From contig CM119371.1 of NCBI GenBank assembly GCA_051294905.1, positions 3,040,001 through 3,100,000 on the forward strand: a DNA stretch of 60,000 nt, written 5' to 3'. This DNA comes from Botryllus schlosseri (Eukaryota). Shown here one piece after another: positions 52,203 through 60,000 of the stretch (the first letter of the stretch is position 1; each line of letters begins with the position of its first letter). Both the position numbers and the translations under genes were made by a program. Under the pieces are notes generated by a model. It was given only the letters and a program-made list of their open reading frames with translations, was not told the DNA's origin and did no database searches.

Positions 52203-53010
52203 TGTTAATATGACCGAGAAATACAGCCCCCGTATCTGATATCTTAATATATTTTCAGAAATAGCACCAAGGCTATTAGAGATGTCGATAGTTTGGAGCA
52301 GTGGTTCTCGCAAATTTTATGTTACTTTACATTTCGCAACCCAAGATTCGCACACAGTAAAAATGCATTTCTGACACAAGTAAGCCCATGCAACTATTTT
52401 ACTAGCATGTATCAATCAGACAAGGTGCAGACAAAAGAACGGTCGATATCAAAGTAGGCTACCTATACTTTTCTGCAGTACTGAAGTAGATTTGATTAGA
52501 TCTGCTAACCATATTTAGGCAGAAACACTTACTTTTTCGACGTTGGATTTTGCAAACTAGAAGTTGGTTTGTGGATAGGTTCCGAGCACTTTTACGTATA
52601 AATTTTCATAACGGTGAAGTAGCGTCCGTATCACGGTCATTAAAATTATTTCCAATCATAACACCAATTATTGAAAATATTTTTTAGCTCATTTTCAATT
52701 CAGTATTTTGCATTATCAGTGCTGCCAATAGGCCACAATCGACAACACACAGCATGTGATTTAATTAGTTAGTTGCATATCTTCAAATGTAGTGGTTCGA
52801 GTTCTAGTTGCTCATCTCAAAAATCCAGTGGTTTGAACAAGTTTGCTGATTTACATTATTTTAAGAAGTGTGTAGGCCTATACCACTGATTCTCATTGGC
52901 TGAAAGATGATCAAGTGTTGTCAAACAGGAATGACGGCAGAAGAACAGATAACGATCAAAGTTATTGTCGAATATAATATCGCAAACATCAGCATCAATA
53001 GGAATTTTAC

Positions 53011-53252
53011 CTGTTTTCCAATGAAAATTCAACTCTTGGCCTGTGACTGGTCCAAAAATGTCGGGATTGATATCGATTGAAACTTCTCAAAGCTTCCAAA
53101 GCGTGTTCGATTGTTTGTGTGTGAAGTTGGTGAATGCGAATCAGAGCTATCTTCTAACTTCTAACATGTAAGCTGGAATTCTTCCGATCTCGTATCACTC
53201 GAGATTCCGTGATAACTACACCGCACCGATCTTTGCATTGGAACAGAAGTAC
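53011..53252 (-). pseudogene. Paralog of exon 15981-16217
   Basis: Same splice sites; carries a different stop and a 5-nt insertion. Confidence 0.6.
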
Positions 53253-53785
53253 CTGAAAACACGATTGCATCAGTTTATCGAAGCACTCAGACGGTAAACG
53301 TGTTAGTCAATAGCAAATAAAAGCTCGACAGTCGAGTATGCTATTTCGGACAGTTTTGTTTTGCTTCCTTTCGGCAAAAATAAGCGGAGACACTACTTTG
53401 TTCAAATTGACCGGGAAATCAATTTCCGTTTTATGGCAACCCCGTGAACCCTCACACTAATCTGAAAGCCTTTCGTGAACCCCATATTTTTGTCAAGTCA
53501 CAAAAAACCTATCACAGTACACATCTAATACATTACTATAGAACTCTAGTACGCGAAATGACTTATGCATCAAGCATCGGTGTTAAGAAAAACAAAACCG
53601 TTAAAACATGATCATCGCACAAAATACACGACTGTAAATCAGTGTGACTTCTGTTGTATGAGTCGGATGTGTGTTTACTTCCCGTGAAACTCAAGACTGG
53701 CTCAGAGCAAACTTGGACAACTAGATAGTTGTAGGTATCAAATCACACCCATTAGAGTAAATTACGGCAATCTAATTATAATATA

Positions 53786-54747
53786 GGGGAGATGTGGTAC
53801 CGATGGATCAAAAATTGTAAAACGATGGCTGGCCCCGAAATGTTCAGCCGAAAACAGCAGATCTTTTGCTGGCTCAGCACTTTGATACAAGCTCTACCTA
53901 TCGCGCTCACATACATGAATATCCGTCTTTTCAAAAAATATTTATGAGCGTTCAAAATTTGATGCTCGAACGTATCGTCGGTCCCCACCCGGTGGGTCCA
54001 ATGGCACACGACCCGGGGACCTATGAGACATACTCTCAAAAACTCAGATGTGAAGGCTTTTCTTGCTGTGTATATTATAGTCTAAGCTACAGCAAGCCAA
54101 AGAAGAACGTTTGGTCGCAACCGTCCAAAAATAGAATTATTATTAACTCAAATGTTGCCATAAAATCACTTTTCGATTTAGACTCGATCTTATAAATTTG
54201 TGGGTACATACATATTGCCCGAAAATCGACATTGTGACTTCCAAATACCCAGTTATAGCGATAAAACATCGCTTGCAATTATTACATAAAGATCTTCTGT
54301 ACGTAGGCATGTTTCAGTTGTTGCATGATCAGTATGCTTGATTATTTTACTTGATTTAGCTATTGTATCATTGGTCCCCACCCTACGAATTTTATACATG
54401 AATCGAAAAAAATTCCACTCAAGGAAGTTATTGAATAAAATAATATGTGCCATTATATAGCCTGATACAAGCCCTACACTTCATAATAAAAATGATTGCT
54501 GGTTTGTTCGTGTTGAAGGTTACAAAGAAAAATGTATGAGTCGATCGAAATTTAGTTTACACCCCCCAAAACAGAAAACATCTGTCAGAGACCCCATAGC
54601 TCCCGCACGTCGAAATTTTTTGTATGGGAGGAAAGATTTAGCCAGCATGCAATTGTAGACAAGCTCACGGAGTGTAATCATGGAATTATCATAGAGAATT
54701 TTTCAAGTATTTTCGGTCCCAGTGATCCATCGGTACCACATCTCCCC
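53786..54747. mobile_element. Young non-autonomous TA-targeting (Tc1/mariner-type) element
   Basis: Perfect 25-bp TIR ggggagatgtggtaccgatggatca with TA on both sides; empty site at ~16748 in copy A. Confidence 0.9.
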
Positions 54748-55169
54748 TACTTTGTGAAATGTTCCTTTGCTGTAATTTTAATTCTAATCCAGTTCGTGGA
54801 ATGTTTCTAACCTCTAGTTTAAATTCTGATCAATTTTGTGGTTTTCTCAAAAATGCTACAGGGGAACTGTATCGTGCAAATCGAATCAAGCTTGCTGTAC
54901 AGACGGTTGTCGTTCTCTTACTTATGAGACTGAGGTCTGATTTAATATGAACTGAACTTCATTTCATGTCCAAGTTTTCACGAATTAAGTGATTCTAATT
55001 CCAATCTAATTTTGGAAAATTGTGTAGATCTAACTCTGATTCTAATCTTAATTTGAAAAAAGTCTAGTAATAATTATAATTCTAAATCTAGTATAGTTTG
55101 TAAAAAAACTGTGGCTTTTAGCCATCATTCTATTTCCAATCTGATTTTGAAAAGTTGAAAATGATCTGG

Positions 55170-58100
55170 TTGTTCAAATCTGGCTCATAGAACCCCTGGA
55201 GTTATCGTGTGAAACCCCGGTTAGAAATCATTGCTTCAAGATAGCCAAATTGGAAAGTACGTTAATAGTTGTGATTCTGACACACCTACAATTTTTTGAC
55301 ACATCTAGGAAGATAGTGAGCACAAAGTCGAGTTGTACGTTGCATTTTTCAGTTTGGCCCTGCTTTCCATTTTCAATCTTCCCAAGTTTCTTCCATTGGA
55401 TTGCGTTGAGACCTTCAGCGGCAGGCGTTCCTACACAAAAATTCACAGGTGGTCATGTAGTCGGCATGGCACTTTTCTACTAGTGGTAACCATGGATGGC
55501 TATACTTTATAAGTAGCTTCACTCAAGGTTGTTGACTCGACTTGAGTAATTTCTTGAAATGACTCGACTCAAGTCAAATTTTTTAATGACTCGACTTGAA
55601 CTCGAGTCATTGCGTATGACTCTAACCAAGTCACATGACTCAAGACTGGGACGGCCAAGACAGACATTTCATTGTAACTTCAAAATATAGTGAAGCCACC
55701 ACATCATTGGTATGTCTTCCATTAGTCCTGATACTTGGAAAGTACGGCCAGTAGCTGTTAGGACAGAAGAAAAGTACGATATTCTATATTACTCGAGTAG
55801 AGTTGAAAAAGTGGGTTGAATTCGATTGAACTCAAAACTGAACACTGAACAGTGAACACAATTACTGTGTTTCAATGCAGAGCCGACGGACGACCAAAAA
55901 GGCCATGACGAATGCATTGTACATGTAGGCCGTGTTTCCATGACCAGGCCTAACCCAACCGTGTCTTAGACGAACATGGCTGACATGTACGTTTTATCTC
56001 ACTTATTCACCATTAATTTTCACCACATCACCAGATTGCTATAAAATGACTCGGTAGGAAGGAGCCTACAAGGACTAGAGGTGACCCTTTAATCAAACAA
56101 CCCACTTTAACCATAAACATATAAAAATGGTCCCGGGAATGAATTTTTGGGGTTGCAACGCCTTGCATTTCAAGCTCGAAAGCCCGTCTTTTTGAAAAGC
56201 CGACTCTATCTTCATTATTACTTATATCATTTGCAATTCAGTGGTTTGTATTTCAGTATTATCAGTTATTAGTCTGTTGTGTTTGAGTTAGTTCGGCATT
56301 GGGTTTTCAAAAGTCGTTAGTTCTAGATCAGTGGTTCTTAAACAGCGGCGCGTGAAGCTGCGGTCAAATGAAAAAAATGTTCGTGCTCTGCGAGGTTTAT
56401 CTCCAATTCATAATTATTGCTCTGTGCATTAGTCCGAATTGTCTATTAAAGGAATCTCCCATTAACAGTCATAACCATTCATGCCTTAAACTCTACGTTT
56501 GGATTGCCAGCATTCTGATAGCATTTGTGATATGACGATAAGGGGTTCGCGCAGACTTTTTCACTATCAAAAATGGGGGCGTGTCAAAAAAACTCTGATA
56601 ACCGCTGTTCTAGATCTAATTGAAGTTGCAAGTTTTGCAAAGCTAGTACAGATTTTAGAAATCCAGTAGTTTGTTCAAGTCTGGTTACAGCACCGGTACA
56701 GTTGTTTAGAAATACCTACCAACGTTTTCCTTGTCATTCAGCGAGTCAATACAATTTGCCACTTTGTCGGAAGTGAGGTTTTTAATTGGACGAGACCACA
56801 TCCCTTGGACATGCCAATGGCGGAATTGATGGCGATCTGAATAGAAGAGTTCACAAATTTGACAGCGATAAATTGAAATATATGAATATGTGCAGAAAAA
56901 TAATGTACACGCATCTGAGATCTGAGGAGCATATGACCAACACACTTGATATCAAAACGGAGGCATCAAGTTTCGCAGAAAATTCGAGTTTTCGATTTTT
57001 TGCCTTCGACTTCCACAAACTTGCCATAAACAAATTTTATGTTGATTAGATGTTTGGATGACGGAATAGAGCAGTGGTCGGCAACCTCTGGGGTCATGAT
57101 CCCAAGCATGGCCGCTTCAACTTTTCCTGGCCTCGCCATGACTCGACATATCTGTCACTGTTTCAATTCAATCGTGAATATCGACTTATAATTTCATGTT
57201 CTTGATCATTGTTCAGTTTAGTTACAGAAAGCAGGCGTACGGTACTGGCGTTCAACGGACAATGTTGTTATCCAACTGGATTTGTGTCTGAAGCTAGCTT
57301 AAAATTGCTTTTACTTAATCATATTTGTCAGCTAGTGGGACTGATACTGAGATGCCTACCGTTGAATATCGAGGCAAATCTAGCCATAGCAGCAATTTTT
57401 AATGTGTGATATGCCAGCGTGTTTGTGAAAGCACAGCATGTCGTACTCCTCATGCGGAGAGTGTCGAGAGGACTCGAGTCAAGACTTGAGTCAAGCCGGA
57501 CTCGAGTCACCTTTTTCATATGACTTGACTTGCTGACTCGGCATTTCAGAAATGCGGATTGACTCGTGACTCAAAGTCAAATTTACGAGTCAATTTCAAG
57601 TCATCAAGAAATTGGTATTGCTAACAATCGCTGTATACTTTACAAATGTTCGGATTGTTCTCGCTACGCTGATGTGACTTGTGAGAGCGACAAATCTCAT
57701 TCATTCAATGATTTTGCGTGTTACTGAACGTCCATTACTCTATAACAAATACATTGACTGCTTACAGCGAACCCTGTCACAGTAGTAAAGTAATATAACA
57801 ACGAGGTAGGAGGTATCTATCTCTCTTCTATAGACTGGTCATAGGTAGCCAAATCGCTTGTATGATCTAAAATTCTGAATCGAATTCGAATATAGTTTAC
57901 AAGTTATATTACTAGTCGGGCATTGGCGTAGGTATGATTTGTATCTCATGGATATGTAGTTAGGTAATGTATTATACCAATTCGTTTCCGCTATCTCAGG
58001 TTTCGTGTTCTAGTCTCTATTTTGGCGGATACATTAAAGACTGCGAATCTAATAGTTACGTATTTTACCGGTAATATGCAGCGCATATCTGCATGTATAA

Positions 58101-59924
58101 TTATCACTATATTCATCCCTCGATTTAAAATAAATGGCGACTCAATCTGAATTTCGAACAGCTAGCAAAATGCAATGTGATGTCTTGTACTCCGAAAACA
58201 CAACTTGACTCAAATTGCGAGTTGACTTGACTTGACTCGAGTCAACATTTGCAATGAATTAAGATGACTTGTGACTAAAAAGTAGTGACTTAATCCCAGC
58301 ACTCCAAGCGGAATAGTGAGACATGTCATATTTTGCATCATTTGCCCATGGCTCAGCAACTACATGATACTAAAATAGAGTTGTTCAAGACACAGATGGC
58401 GGGCTTCACGCAGCATAGAAACAACTAGAGTGGCCATGGCGGTATTATAAAATCATTTATTTGCAGTCCTATTATTGTACTTTTCTGAAAAAAATGGCAA
58501 AAACAAAAAATTTTATAACAATTTCATGTTTAATTTGATACAGCATCATTTTTAAAGCGCAATGACCCTTGAAAACAATTTTTGGGATATTTTTGTACAA
58601 CAACATTTCTCAAAAACTGTTGCTTTAGCAATACTAAAAACATTTTTTCGGTATCGTAAAACAAGATGAGGTCACATGTAAATGCTGGTTTTATTTTCGT
58701 TTTAATTGGGGTCGCCTATTAAGAAGCTGCCGACCGATGGTCTAGAGTAGGCCAGCCCCACAATATTGACGAGTTTTTTGCTGAACATTGGACCGCACAT
58801 ACCTGATCTTAAGAAACCGTCCCTGCCGAGATGCAACTTCCTCTTGCTTTCCATCTCGTTCTTTTACTTCTTCTGTTGATTTATCATCCATTCACGTCTG
58901 CTCTCAGCTGGATTAACTCGAACCTCATTCCCGTCGAGGTTGTTGCCCTGCAATGGTAGTCACAAATATGTTAACCGATCGACTTGTACAATGGGGGGAG
59001 TTAAAAAAAACTTTTTTTCAAATTTAATTTTTCAAATTGTCAGGTTACCTTAAAAACGCATTGCTCACCAAATTTGACTCAATTCCAACCAGTAAATAGA
59101 TGCCGAGGTCATTCAAACTGAAATTTTGCTCAGTTTTGAAATAATAGTATTTACGGTGACCAATTTCGACACACCGACATGACCAAAAATCATGTTCCAG
59201 GTATGCCTTAAGTGGGAGGGATGTCTTCTCCACTTGTTTTGATCTTGATAGGGTGGAGTGTGGAGTTTGGTGAAGACATGGCCAGTAAACGAAAAAAAAG
59301 ATGTGACATGGATTAGCTGGAAATTATTCCACTTCATTGAAATAGACACGTTTAAACGATGGTGAGATTAGTTTCAAATAGAGTAGGCCTACTTTATGCG
59401 CTGAAATTAAGTGACCTGACGATTTGACAACCAGGTCGATGAAATTTGAAAAAAACAGTTACTTTGACCACCCCTATCTTGCAGCCATTGCTAGCTCAGA
59501 ATCATGACTACTGACAGGCTGAGGATGGGTTTTGAGCGTCAGAACTCCTTCTATTTCAAGCTTGAAACACCGTCCTTTTGAAAAGCCGATTCTATCTCCG
59601 ATACTTCTCAGTTCATTTGTATTTCAGTAGTATGTATTATTATCAGTTATTAGTTCGTTGTGTTTTAGTTAGTAGGGCATCGGATTTTCAAAGGTCGTTA
59701 GTTCTAGATCTGATAGAAGATGTAAAGTTTTGCAAAGTGAGTACAGATTTTGAAAATCCAGCAGTTTGTACAAGTCTGGTTACGGCGCCGGAATAGTGGT
59801 TTACAAGTGAGCATGGACGTATCTACACACGTTTTCCTTACCATTCAGCGAGTCGATACTATTTGGTCTTGAATTGGACGAGAGCACATCCCTTGCACAT
59901 GCCAATGGTGGAATTGATGGAGAC
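55170..59924 (-). pseudogene. RBM28: RBM28 exon copies (59831-59924, 58803-58947, 56724-56836, 55286-55430)
   Basis: IAINSAIGMSKGCGLVQLK; GNNLDGNEVRVNPAESRRE...LHLGRDGFLRSG; GTPAAEGLNAIQWKKLGKIENG. Confidence 0.85.
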
Positions 59925-60000
59925 CTGAATACCAGATGTCAAAGTGACAGCAACATATTAAAATATACGAAAACGTGCTAGAAAACAATGAACATGGATC

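Larger units (their letters stand above)
44125..60000. repeat. Segmental duplication copy B (runs off window end)
   Basis: Colinear with 5334-21301, with copy-specific insertions and deletions. Confidence 0.95.

Overview
AT-rich, repeat-dense, intron-containing DNA from an invertebrate animal (an ascidian-like genome is a guess). No prokaryotic features are present. The only near-intact gene is an intronless BTB-BACK-Kelch gene (36980-38606, minus strand), split by a 1-nt shift in an A8 run. Most of the window is a decayed, repeatedly duplicated locus. In it, splice-site-flanked exons of RBM28/Nop4 (RRM3-RRM4 region, 1-6 copies per exon) alternate on the minus strand with degenerate NACHT/NLR-like gene remnants. 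A ~16 kb block (~5.3-21.3 kb) recurs ~38.7 kb downstream (~44.1-60 kb). Mobile DNA includes a 1.9 kb minisatellite foldback element, a Penelope-like GIY-YIG fragment with a minimal hammerhead ribozyme, a tRNA-derived SINE with a structured body, CR1/L2-type LINE 3' ends, a THAP remnant, hAT and hATm transposase relics, and many nested MITEs with readable TSDs. All family assignments are by-eye motif recognition, not database searches.
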